Shown here: positions 27,685 through 39,939 of the stretch, piece after piece
Position numbering within the stretch: the stretch's first letter is position 1
How the letters are laid out: the number at the start of each line of letters is the position of its first letter
Assembly (NCBI GenBank): GCA_020137815.1
Contig: CM035362.1
Coordinates: forward strand, 5,642,001-5,706,000
DNA length: 64,000 nucleotides
Source of the DNA: Hormiphora californensis
Lineage: Eukaryota; Animalia; Ctenophora
Direction: 5' to 3'
The notes under the pieces: generated by a model
Told to the model about the DNA's origin: nothing
The model's database searches: none
What the model saw: only the letters and a program-made list of their open reading frames with translations
Program-made: the position numbers and the translations under genes

Positions 27685-29102
27685 GAACGGATGAAGTACT
27701 GCAATGGTTTAAGGGGAAAAGATCTAATGGGTTCAAGTTCATTTCGTATGACATAGAAGCATTTTACCCTTCAATTGGGGAGGAGCTGCTGGACAGGGCT
27801 CTCCGGTTTGTTGGGCAGTTCATAGATATTAGTGAGGAGGATTGGGAGGTCATACATCACAGTCGGAAGTCAATGTTGTTTGACATGAATGGGGAAATAT
27901 GGCACAGGAAAGAGTCCATTTTCGATGTCACTATGGGGGCCTACGATGGAGCTGAAACATGCGAAATTGTGGGTCTATACATGCTCAACAAGGTCTCGAG
28001 CTGTATCCCAAAAGAGAGCCATGGGTTGTACAGGGATGATGGGCTGATCATCGTGGAAGAGCCAAACGGACCCAAAATGGAGAGGATCAGGAAAGATTTG
28101 ATATCAATCTTCCAGGAGGAAGGGTTGAAAATCGAGGTATCAATGCCATCGGAGTACATCAACTTTCTTGACACCACGATGAGAAATGATGGTACATTCA
28201 TGCCATTTCGCAAGGATGGAAAAACCTCGAATTATGTTCATAGCTCATCCAACCATCCGCCAACTGTGCTGAAGAACATCCCTGACATGGTAATGGATCG
28301 CATAAGACGATTGTCATCCAGTCCAAGTGCTTTCCAAGCGGCACGATATCACTACCAAGGAGCTTTGGAGCAGAGTGGTTACAAGGGCTTCTCAACGGAA
28401 TATAAAGACGTGGCGAGAAAAGGGAAAAAGAAAAGGAAAGGACGGCGAAGGGTAATATGGTTTAACCCACCATTTTCTGTGGATGTTGAAACGGACCTGG
28501 GACGAAAGTTTCTTGGTTTAGTGGCAAGGCACTTTCCAGCAGGACACATTTACAGCCAGATCTTCAACAAAAACACTCTCAAGGTATCATACAGTTGCAT
28601 GAAAAACATGGAATCGAGGATAAAGGCCCACAACAAAAAACTCACACATGGGGGCCCGAAACCAACAGATGTGCCTGATAAATTATGCAACTGTAAGGAC
28701 AAGGGAAGTTGTCCATTGGATGGAAAGTGCCTCACCGAATCATTGGTATACGAAGCTCAACTGAAGACCAGCTGCAACCAGAAATTTCTCTACATCGGGT
28801 TAACAGGGAACTCATTTAAAACCCGATTCAGCCAGCACAAGCACACATTCAACAACTCCGAAAAAAGAACATCTACAAGGCTGTCTGAAAAGGTGTGGGA
28901 GTTGAAGGACAGGGGGATCACATTCGGGATCACTTGGAAAGTGAGGAAAAAGGGAAGACCGTACAGAATTGGGGATCGGTTCTGTGACCTGTGCACTACC
29001 GAGAAGATGGAGATTTTGATGGAGTCCAGGAACCACCAACTCCTAAACCGGAGAAGCGAGATCATGGGTAGTTGCAGACATCACAAGAAATACAATCTCT
29101 AA
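27685..29102 (+). CDS. Penelope-like RT (5'-truncated) + Cys linker + C-terminal GIY-YIG endonuclease
   Basis: YDIEAFYPSI (motif A, upstream of the listed ATG), MGAYDG, YRDDG, CNC-x5-CPLDGKC, LVYEA...YIGLT..FKTRF.QH, CDLC..EK. Confidence 0.92.
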
Positions 29103-29157
29103 TTGGATGGCTTTATGAAGGAGCAAGCAAGAAACCTGGAACGGGACAAGTGTGATT

Positions 29158-29202
29158 CAGTTCTGATGAAATACAATTTTGTATTGAAACATGTGTAAAC
29201 TG
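29158..29202 (+). ncRNA. Minimal type I hammerhead ribozyme in the Penelope pLTR
   Basis: Stem I cagtt/aactg; CUGAUGA; stem II aataca/tgtatt; GAAA; C-AUGU-G stem III with palindromic ACAUGU; GUA cleavage triplet (after 29197). Confidence 0.85.
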
Positions 29203-30564
29203 TTGAACTAAACTTCCTTGTTTTTATTTGTAGATAGATATATATATATATAGCTATAGACGCTTCACTGTGTAACACTTGTAGCCTGAACCATGCTAGC
29301 TAGAGACTTGAACCAAGTTTTATCCGTTAGGAAATCGTTCGGGGCATGCATTAGTTAAGGTTTCAAGTGAAAATGTCCACTATGACGGGCGTAATGACGT
29401 CACAAAGTGACGTCATTGAAAAATCTCAGACCAAATATTTTCAAACGCCTCTAGCACCCTCAAGACATTTTCCAATTCCTAATTTGACTGAAAATCGTTA
29501 GTGGCAAATTGTCTGAACTTTCAGATACAATATCGCAAATTTTTCTAACTTGTCATTTTCAGACCTTAAAACGCGTCGAAACTCAAAAATTTGATGTGAA
29601 AATCCACATAAAAACTCACATTTCGTGCAATAACTTCGGTTCTTGACTACCATGGCCTTTAAAACTTTCACGCGTTTAGTGCTTCATTGGCCGAATAGTC
29701 TGTCGTAATTTTTTACGTCGTCGTGACGTCACGTGTGACGTCACGATGTCAAAACGACGTCGAATTTTCAAAATTTCGTCAAATCAGTTTCCTACAACCC
29801 AGGTACATTTGAGTTACATTTGAACACTTAATTTGAGAATTAGCTTACTTGTTTGAGGTCATAAATGACCTCAAACGACCAAAAAGGAGTACAAATTTAG
29901 AGCAAAAACTAATTGAAATTAGTTCGCCAGAAAGGTGGCCCATTTTGAACTTACTCCTTCATTTCCGTCACCTTTGAGTTGAAGGCGGAAAAGTTTACCG
30001 ATACCTCAATGTCTTTGAAGCCTCAACTCAAAGGTGACGGAAATGAAGGAGTAAGTTCAAAATGGGCCACCTTTCTGGCGAACTAATTTCAATTAGTTTT
30101 TGCTCTAAATCATGTTTATAATGATATTGAAAACTGGCCAAATAAGGGGTAAAGAATCTTTCGAGAAAAAAAGTCAATGAATGACTTCACACTGACTGAA
30201 AAGCTGATGATGAAAAACCGGTTAAAGTTTAACCAATTTACTCAGTTGAGAAGAAATAACTTTTCCTCCACTCAGAAATAGGGAAGGATGATATTATTAT
30301 TATTATGTCTCTCAATATCTCACTCAAATAAAAAATTTCCTTGTATTTGTAACATCTGTCACACTTTGCTAACGCTTTTGTAACTGAAAATAATAAATAT
30401 GGCATGTAACTAACACAATGTCTATCGCTAATCTGTTGCACCAGGCAAAACCTCTCTCTCTCTCTCTATCCCGGTCACTGTTATTGAGTAACCACCCCTC
30501 TCTATCCCGCCGGGATGATCCCGGTCTCCCTGTAAAGCAGCACAATCAAAAAGTTCTGAATATA

Positions 30565-33500
30565 TTAGTTCTGTCCGTCATCAGCTGGTGGTGGAACTGG
30601 GTCATTCTCCAAAACTGGAGCAGCAGCAGCTGGAGCTGGAGGTGGTTGAAGTTCAAGATGCAGTAGCTGGAGTACATCACCACGTCGGGGCGGAGCTGCT
30701 GGGGCAGCACGATTTGGAGCTGCTGGTACAGGACGGTTTGGGGCTGCTGGTACAGGACGGTTTGGGGCTGCTGGGGCTGCACGATTTGCTGCACCAGGTT
30801 GTCCCGGAGCTGCTGGGGCAGGACGGTTTGCTGCCCCCGCTGCACCAGGAGCAGGACGATTTGCTGCCCCCGCTGCACCAGGAGCAGCAGGACGATTAGC
30901 TGCTGCCCCTGCTGGTGCATCGTGTTCAACTCCCCTAATCCTCCGTCTCCTCTGCCTTGCCTCCCGTCTAGCACGTACCATCATCTCCGCTCCAAGTCGG
31001 AACATGACAGACCCAGGAACATCCCTCCCCAACACGGGTATACCTCTCTGCTGGGCGCCACCCCCTCCTGCTCCTCCTGCCCCTCCCCCTGCAGCACCAC
31101 GTGCGTTGTTGTCATGGTGATGGTGGTGATGGTGATGTCGTGCTGCTGCTAGAGCCGCTGCTGCACCCCCAACTGCTGCTGCACGCCGGGAGGTATGGCC
31201 GGTTCGCCCACTTTGGCATACCACCACATACTTTGCTAGGTGTCTCTGCCGTTTGTGTTTACGGTATGCGATGTAGCGTTTTCGCCATGATGGTGGTGGC
31301 GTGCCCATTGTCCCCGTACGAGTTGCCCTGCATAGGGGAGAGAGGGGGGTTAGAGAGAGAGAGAGAGAGGGTAAAAGAAAGGTAAGATATGAGGGTAAGA
31401 TCCCCTCTGATAAGAGATACATATCGTCATTTTATTACAGACGACAGTTTGTATTTTGGAGTGTTTTATTGGGAATTAGACACGTGTTGTTATTCACGTA
31501 CACTTACGATAGAAAACCGGGGTGATTGAGACAGAGAGATTTCCAGAGTTGTTCCGTGTAGGCGATCTCTTGGAACCTTCTGCACACAAACACTATCTCT
31601 TTCAGATCTGTACCTCGGAGGAACCTGTATAGAGAAGGGGCGGGTTAGTACTTCCCAATTTATTTTTCGAAAACACTGTCTAACACCAGGTCAGGAGTGG
31701 CAAATTTCCCAATTGTTAAGCTGTCCCGTGTATAGACACTTCACGGGTCCTCTCTCTCTCTCTCTCTCTCTTCCTCTCTCNNNNNNNNNNNNNNNNNNNN
31801 NNNNNNNNNNNNNNNNNNNNNNNNNNNNNNNNNNNNNNNNNNNNNNNNNNNNNNNNNNNNNNNNNNNNNNNNNNNNNNNNAATCACCTGTACCGTACAGG
31901 GGATACAGTGTACGTAGCGCGCGACAAAGTCCCGCCACCGCCGTACGTCTCCGACTTCGCTGGCCGCTGCCAAAGACAGCACTGTCATGTAACTTACATT
32001 GTAAGAATGAAAACACAAAAACTTGTAGCTGGAAATGTAAAAAACAAAGATAAAAACATATTATGCACTGCACTGGAAACAACCAACTTTCATTATCATG
32101 ATTATGACGTTCTGTATGGCGACAGTGCGCTCAGATGGGGTCGAGGCGCCAGACAGATGACGTTAAAGTTTCTAATTTCACGTTTGTTCACTGTCTGACC
32201 CGGGCCGATCTGAGAATCAAAACGGTGTCTGGCGCCCCCTGACAGTTTGTTCACCGTGAAGCACTTATTACACTTGGTAAAGTGTTTGTAATATTACCAA
32301 CTGTAACTTACAGTGTAAATATCACATGCAGTTTATAGTAGGGTCGGTTGTGGGAAGTTAGGTCTGGAATTTTAAATTTGACTTGCTGATATGTTTAGGG
32401 ACTCTATGAAAAGTCCAAAGCACCATCCCGCAGGTCTCTACCACCCCCGGTTCACTAATTATTCGTAATTATGTGATTTATGACGTTATCACCAATTAGC
32501 ACTAATAATACCAGTTCCTGATCACTTAGAGCTTAGATTTTGATACCAGGTGATAGATGATCACTAGATTAGTGGGCAAACAAAATTTCAGGTCGATCGG
32601 AGATATGATCGAGGAGTTATAACCGTTTTTCCGTTTGGCTGGCGGTTGGCTGGCACCACGTGGGATTACGGGTTTAGGTCGTCGTAGGAGGTCGTCATTG
32701 GTCGCGTTCGATCGGGCTCGATGAGGTGATCAAAACCTAGTGGGGCCAGACCTTGGCCCCACCCCGTTCTTGGGTTATTAGGCTTTTTCGGTTTCCCGCC
32801 AAAATATTTTCCCGCCAAAACCGTAAAAGCCTAATAACCCTAGAACGGGGTGGGGCCAAGGTCTGGCCCCACTAGGTTTTGATCACCTCATCGAGCCCGA
32901 TCGAACGCGACCAATGACGACCTCCTACGACGACCTAAACCCGTAATCCCACGTGGTGCCAGCCAACCGCCAGCCAAACGGAAAAACGGTTATAACTCCT
33001 CGACCATAACTCTGATCGACCTGAAATTTTGTATGCCCACTAATTTAGTGATTATCTATCACCTGGTATCAAAATCTAAGCTCTAAGTGACCAGGAACTG
33101 GTATTATTAGTGCTAATTGGTGATAACGTCATAAATCACATAATTACGAATAATTAGTGAACCGGGGGTGGTAGAGACCTGCGGGATGGTGCTTTGGACT
33201 TTTTATAGAGTCCCTAATCATATCAGCAAGTCAAATTTAAAATTCCAGACCCAACTTCCCACAACCGACCCTACTATTATCTGTTTGGCGCCGCGGACCC
33301 ATCTGAGTGTACTGTTGAGAATCAGATCCCAATCAGATCGGGGCCTGGCGCCGCCAGACAGTGGTTTGTCATGTTTATAATGATATTGAAAACTGGCCAA
33401 ATAAGGGGTAAAGAATCTTTCGAGAAAAAAGTCAATGAATGACTTCACACTGACTTAAAAGCTGATGATGAAAAACCGGTTAAAGTTTAACCAATTAACT

Positions 33501-36500
33501 CAGTTGAGAAGAAATAACTCAGCTCAACTCAGAAAGAGGGAAGGATATTCATGATATTATGTGTCTCAATATCTCACTCACCCCGTGCCTGAACGAAGTT
33601 TAACCTCGGATGAAAAATGTACACTAAGCGGACTTCACTAGGGTCTTCAGATAGGTATTTGGAGTGGAAAAATGTAAAAAAACACCCCAATTTTATGAAA
33701 AGTTTTTTCTCTACATGGATTTTAAAATGGGTCGTTTTGACTGTAAAAACGGCTTAAAAACCATGCTGTGTGCAGATTTATAGTCCTTTTCCGGTAAAAT
33801 GGTTGTACCTGACCTGGTTTTGCATGTAGAATCGATTGCCAGTGAAGAGAAATCTCTAAAACGACTGGAAAATGGTCAAAATTCGTATTTTTGACGTTTT
33901 TTGAGGGTTTTTCGCCCCTAACCCTATCATGACATCAAGATAGAAAATTTTCACTAGTGCCAAACGTTTAAATGGACATTTTTCTACCGGATCCCAAAGT
34001 TTCAGATAAATCGAATGAAAGGGTAACATTTGGCAAATTATTGAAAGTGGCTAGATGAGAGAAAGTGAACTTGAACTTAATTTTTTCACAATTTTGGCCT
34101 TTTTGACCAACTTCTGATTGAAATGGCCAATCAGGACCATGCTCACGCTAAAAAAGGGACAATTTCCTACTAAAATGCAAATTTTCATGCCGATGCGACA
34201 TCAGGTCATGGATTTATAGTAAATTTAAGCGAGCTAACTAGGCTATTTCGACTGTCAGAAAAGGTCAATTTTTCTAATTTTCGGGTCAATTAGCAATAAA
34301 AAAGGGTACCCGACCTATTTTTCACCGTAGAATTGATTTCCGATGGAGTTGGACCTCTAGATCGCCAGGAAAATTGAAGAAAACGAATATTTCAGTTTTT
34401 TTGGGGAAATAGCCAGAAAATGAGTAAAAAAACAAAAAATTGACATAAACCTATTTTCCCGGAGATTAAGAGCTTCAATTCCATTTTAAATCGATTTTAC
34501 GTGAAAAAATTGGGCTGGGAACCCTTTTTATTGCTGATTGATACTGAAATAGGAAAAATTACCATTTTCTGGCTATTTCCCCAAAAAAACTGAAATATCC
34601 GTTTTCTTCAATTTTCCTGGCGATCTAGAGGTCCAACTCCATCGGAAATCAATTCTACGGTGAAAAATAGGTCGGGTACCCTTTTTTATTGCTAATTGAC
34701 CCGAAAATTAGAAAAATTGACCTTTTCTGACAGTCGAAATAGCCTAGTTAGCTCGCTTAAATTTACTATAAATCCATGACCTGATGTCGCATCGGCATGA
34801 AAATTTGCATTTTAGTAGGAAATTGTCCCTTCTTTAGCGTGAGCATGGTCCTGATTGGCCATTTCAATCAGAAGTTGGTCAAAAAGGCCAAAATTGTGAA
34901 AAAATTAAGTTCAAGTTCACTTTCTCTCATCTAGCCACTTTCAATAATTTGCCAAATGTTACCCTTTCATTCGATTTATCTGAAACTTTGGGATCCGGTA
35001 GAAAAATGTCCATTTAAACGTTTGGCACTAGTGAAAATTTTCTATCTTGATGTCATGATAGGGTTAGGGGCGAAAAAACCCTCAAAAAACGTCAAAAATA
35101 CGAATTTTGACCATTTTCCAGTCGTTTTAGAGATTTCTCTTCACTGGCAATCGATTCTACATGCAAAACCAGGTCAGGTACAACCATTTTACTGGAAAAG
35201 GACTATAAATCTGCACACAGCATGGTTTTTAAGCCGTTTTTACAGTCAAAACGACCCATTTTAAAATCCATGTAGAGAAAAAACTTTTCATAAAATTGGG
35301 GTGTTTTTTTACATTTTTCCACTCCAAATACCTATCTGAAGACCCTAGTGAAGTCCGCTTAGTGTACATTTTTCATCCGAGGTTAAACTTCGTTCAGGCA
35401 CGGGGTGCACTCAAATAAAAATGTCCTTGTATTTGTAACATCACACGTCACACTTTGCTAACGCTTTTGTAACTGAAAATAATAAATATGGCATGTAACT
35501 AACACAATGTCTATTGCTAATCTGTTGCACCAGGCAAAACCTCTCTCTCTCTATCCCGGTCCCTGTTATTGAGTTACCACCCCTCTCTATCCCGCCGGGA
35601 TGATCCCGGTCTCCCTGTAAAGCAGCACAATCAAAAAGTTCTGAATATATTAGTTCTGTCCGTCATCGGCTGGTGGTGGGACTGGGTCATTCTCCAAAAC
35701 TGGAGCAGCAGGAGCAGGAGCTGGTTGAAGTTCAAGATGCAGTACATCACCACGTCGTGGTGCAGCTGCTGCTACAGCACGATTTGGAGCTGGTGGGGCT
35801 GCTGGGGCAGCACGATTTGGGGCTGCTGGGGCAGCACGATTTGGGGCTGCTGGGGCAGCACGATTTGGGGCTGCTGGGGCTGCACGATTTGGGGCTGCCG
35901 GTACACCAGCTTGTCCCGGAGCAGGACGATTTGCTGCACCCGCTGCACCAGGAGCAGCACGATTTGCTGCTGCACCAGGTTGTCCCGGAGCTGCAGGACG
36001 ATTTGCTGCACCCACTGCACCAGGACGATTTGCTGCTGCACCCGCTGGTGCATCATGTTCAACTCCCCTAATCCTCCTTCTCCTCTGCCTTGCCTCCCGT
36101 CGAGCTCTGACCATCATCTCCGCACCAAGTCGGAACATGACAGACCCGGGAACATCCCTCCCCAACACTGGTATACCTCTCTGCTGTGCACCACCCCCCT
36201 CCCCTTGTCCACCGGGCAAAAGGTTTTTTGACTGTGGGGAGGGTTTGAGGGCTTTCTCGGGTGGGGCATCTCTTCCCAATCCCCTTTCCTCCTCCTCCTT
36301 GCTCCGCACCGCCTTATGCCTTCGCGTTGGCATACCACCAAATATTCGCTAGGGCTCTCCTTGGGTTTACCTATGCGTTGTGGTTTACGCCAGATTGTGG
36401 TCCGTCCCCCTGTCCCCTCGTACAGTTGCTGTTGGGGGGGGTTTTTGACCTTTTTTTTCCCTTTTTCCCCCCTTTTTTTTTTTTTTTTTTCCTTTTTTTT

Positions 36501-38407
36501 TCCTCTTTATTTTTTTTTTTCCCCCCCCAAAATTTTTCCCCTTTTAAAAATTTTTTCCCCCCTTTTTTTTTTTCCCCTTTTTTTTTCCCCCCTGGTCCCG
36601 TCTTTTTTAAAAAGGGGGAGTTTTTTGGGGGGGGGGGGGGGCGTTTTTTGATTCGGGGGAAAAAATGGAAAAAATCCCTTGGGGGCTTGAGGGGGGGGGA
36701 TTTTGGGGGCCCCTGAAAACTTGGGTTTTCCCCCAAAAAGGGGAAAAAACCCGGTTTTCTTTAAAAAAAAACCCCCCGGGCCCCAAAAGGAATTTTGGAA
36801 TTAGCTTTTGGTTCCTTTTTCCCCCGCCCGAGTTCTTGTTTACTTTGGTCATCGCCTTCTGGCACCCATTTCTTGTTGGGGGTGAAATTTGTCTTTTAAC
36901 CTTCCCAGCGCCGATTTTCTCCCGCGGGGAAGGCCTTTCTTCTCACAGGTTCCCCTTTTGCAGGGATTTTGCCCCAATGGGGGTTTTGCTGCCCGTTGTG
37001 CATCATGGTTTCAACTCCCCTTTCCTTTCTTGCTTGCCTTTCCCCCGCTTGCCTCTTCTCCCCGGACTGCGACCGGGGATCCTCCCAAACCGGTTCCCCT
37101 CGGGTGGTCCAATTTCCCCTCCCCTTCCCCTTTTCCCAAAGCGGGGTTGTTTCTGGGGGGGTGGGGTTTGGGGTTTTTTTCCCGCTTGCCAGAGACGCTT
37201 GCCCTCCAGCTGCGACGTGGGGTATGCCCGGGTTTCCCCTTGGCATCCAAAATTTTGCTAGTTCTCGTTTTGGGGACGGTTGGGGTTTTTGGGTTTACAA
37301 AGAGGTGGTGGCCCGGGCCTTTGTTAAGTTTTCAAATTTATTTGGGAAAAAGTAAAGGGCCTTTTACCAGAGTAAAGAGGGAGGAGCGTTTGGGTGGAAC
37401 CGGGGTTCCATAAGGAAGACCTTTAAAGGGTTTGGAGAGGTTCTCTTTTTTTGGGGGGAAAAGGGTTCGGGGGGGGAATTTTTTTTCAGGCTGTTTGGGG
37501 GGGGGGGAAAAGGTTGGGGGGGGGGGGCCCCGGGTTGGTTTGGCAGGGGGGGGGAGGGTTTTTTGGGGGGGCGCCCCTTTTTTGGGGGGGAAGGTTTTTC
37601 GGGGGAAGAGAAGGATTTTTGACCCGGGTTTATTTTCCCGAAACCCCCCTGGGCCCCAAAATTTGGGGACCTTCTTGGGGGAAAAACCCCTCCCAACCCA
37701 AAAAAGAAAAGGGGGCGGAAAAAAGGGGGTTTGGGGCCCCCAAGAAGAAATTTTTTTTAAAAGGGGGGGGGGGGGGTTTAGGGGAGGGGGGAAAAGGGGA
37801 GGGCGGGGGGGCGGGGGGGGGAGGGTTTTAGAGGGAAGGGGGGAGGGGGGGGAGGAGGGGGGGGAAAGGGGGGGTTTTAGGGGGTCCCCTTGGGGGGCCC
37901 CATTTTTTAAAAAAATTTTTTTTTTTGGGTTTTTTTTTGGTTTAAATGGGGGGGCCCTACATTTTTACCCCGGGGGGTTTTTTTTTGGGGGGGGGGGGGG
38001 GGATTTTGGGGGGAAAGGGGGGGGAAAAAAAAAGGGGGTTAAGGGGGGGTTGGGGGGGGGGGGGGCGGGGGGGGGGTTTTTTTTTGGGGGGGAAAAAACC
38101 TTTTTTTTAAAAAAAAATTTTAGAAATTCTTTATTAAAAAACCCCCCCCGGGGGGAAGGGGAGGGTTTAAAAATTTTTTGTGAATTGAAGGGGGGTTTTT
38201 CCCGGGGGCCCCCCCCCCCCTTTATCACCGGGGTTTTTGTTTCCCGGGGATTTTCGGGAAAAAAACTAAACCCAACCCGGGGGGGAAAAAGGGAAGGGGA
38301 AAAAAACCCTTTTTTAATTTTTTAAAAAAAAAGACGGGAGGGGAAGAGACCGAAGTACATGACAAAATGATGTTATTGCATGCTTCTCTAGTCATCGTCT
38401 TCCTGAA

Positions 38408-38477
<70 letters not shown>

Positions 38478-39939
38478 CTCTCTCTTTCTCCCTTTCTCTC
38501 TCCCTTTCTCTCTCTCTCTCTCTATCTCCCTCTCTCTATCTCTATCACGGGTCTTTCTCTCTCTCTATCAAATACAGGTGACTGTTCCACGAGTTGTAAC
38601 TACGAGCTACCCCCTCCATTGTCAGACCCCATAGTCTCTAAACCCCAAAGTCCCCCAAAAGCACTAAAGATCTTTAATCCCAGCTCGGTCTGAATGACGA
38701 GCTGCTCTTACCCAAATATTTTCTGTAGAATGTGGCATGGTAAACGGTCCAACAGGGGGATATTCAAAGAGTAACACTCTGCACTATAGTACAATCGAAA
38801 TTTCTTGATAAACTGTGGGGGGAATAATAAAAGGGATAACAAACTGAAATGCCATCGTCCAGGAAGCAGAAAACTCGGTGAAATGAGATTTAAAAATTTA
38901 CTTTCAGCGCTCCCTAATTTAATTAATTAATTAATTCCCATAATTACCTCATTAGTAAACCTCTGTATCAGCTGAGCAGGATTCCGAATACACGAATACC
39001 CATATGGAACATCAAACCTCAACGACTTCGTGATATCATCAGACCAAGTTAGAAGATGACCCGTTCTCTTTGTTTTCAGATGGAATATGACTTGTGTTCC
39101 AAAAAGGTGGAGTTGGAGTGTTGCTACTCTGTCCGTGTGCTCTTCTGAACCAGATCCACCTGCACCCGTGCTGTTCTCATCTATCCCTACTTTTATACCT
39201 GCCGCGCTGAAATGAAACAAGTTAATAACGTGTGTCATTTATACCGAACTCTATTTTTAACCCCCCTGTAAGTTGTAGAGCAAGCTTATAAGAGCCCCCC
39301 AATTCCGACCAGCATACAATTTTAGGAGGAATACAGTCGGACCCCGATTTACAGGGCTCCGATTTACCGGAACCCCGATTTACCGGAACCCCGATTTACT
39401 GTGCAAACCCCTTTCTCCCGAGAGCATCCCGGTAAATCAGAGTTCGACTGTGTCTCTACTTGTTATGTTCTAACTTCTAACACAGTCTAGCTAGGCAAGT
39501 GATCTCTACCTGCGTTTTAAAGTCTCTAGTTTGTAGCTCCTTCCGAGGACTGTGGACGCTAGCTCCTCATATAGTTGGAGTGGTGTTGTACAGCCGTTCG
39601 TTATCCTCTCCTCAAACTCTGTGGTTAGGTGGTTAGGTAGATGGTTAGGTGGTTAGGTAGATGGTTAGGTGGTTAGGTAGGTGGTTAGGTAGATGGTTAG
39701 GTGGTTAGGTAGATGGTTAGGTTGTTAGGTAGATGGTTAGGTATGTGGTTAGGTGGGAACAATATTCAGTAAAATGATTTAGAAAATGCTTAAAACCCCC
39801 GTTAAAATGATTTAGAAAATACTTAAAACCCCTGAAAATCGAAGAAATAAAAGTTTTAATTAATTATATGAATCAATCAAATTAAATGTGAGTATATTTT
39901 ACCTTGGCCAATGGTAGGTGTTGTACTGTCTGCTTGCAT
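30565..39939 (-). CDS. F-box protein with Ala/Pro/Arg-rich tail (exons 39903-39939, 39510-39618, 38948-39206, 38712-38812, 31508-31624, 30565-31327)
   Basis: Phase-compatible splicing rebuilds LDRLPCHILQKIFG|FLRGTDLKEIVFVCRRFQEIAYTEQLWKSLC followed by SWRKRY; which 3' copy is joined is uncertain because of the gap and duplication. Confidence 0.75.
31781..31880. other. Assembly gap (100 N) at the junction between duplicated segments
   Basis: Run of N. Confidence 1.
32336..33276. mobile_element. 941-bp near-perfect palindromic PIF/Harbinger-like MITE
   Basis: Ends tagtagggtcgg/ccgaccctacta; TTA TSD; empty site at about 26340-26350. Confidence 0.88.
33579..35407. mobile_element. 1.83-kb foldback element, CMC/Chapaev-like
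   Basis: CAC...GTG termini, ~840-bp inverted arms, 4-bp TSD CACT; empty site at about 30315-30330. Confidence 0.85.
35650..36400 (-). CDS. Second copy of the F-box gene terminal exon (AAPNRA repeats); 5' part noisy
   Basis: Shares QQRGIPVLGRDVPGSVMFRLGAEMMVRARR...PVPPPADDGQN with 30565-31327. Confidence 0.7.
36420..38340. other. Very low-quality sequence containing a degraded third copy of the terminal exon (~36950-37400)
   Basis: G/T/C homopolymer runs; 'gtgcatcatg.ttcaactcccc' etc. match 36048-36180. Confidence 0.6.
39622..39755. repeat. (GGTTAGGT/AGAT)n intronic microsatellite
   Basis: Tandem ggttaggt units directly upstream of the minus-strand acceptor at 39619. Confidence 0.9.

Larger units (their letters stand above)
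26744..29230 (+). mobile_element. Penelope-like retroelement, 5'-truncated, with inverted 3' copy (26744-27684)
   Basis: RT + GIY-YIG ORF; inverted duplicate nearly identical; flanks share tagatagatata(ta)gct as a probable TSD. Confidence 0.92.
26436..30109 (-). mobile_element. Helentron/HINE (DINE-1-like) non-autonomous element hosting a Penelope insertion
   Basis: Absent from duplicate locus (33360-33375); A|T insertion without TSD; asymmetric subTIR aaaggtggccc; 3' hairpin gcgcttgccagcgc; 5' inverted duplication 29895-30110; (GATA)/(TA) microsatellite. Confidence 0.65.

Noticed and set aside
26921-27754. Stand-alone GIY-YIG nuclease gene
   Set aside because: Inverted fragment of the Penelope ORF; its ATG comes from antisense RT sequence across the inversion junction
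36371-38325. Gly/Lys/Phe-rich ORFs and G-quadruplex region
   Set aside because: Homopolymer-inflated low-quality sequence
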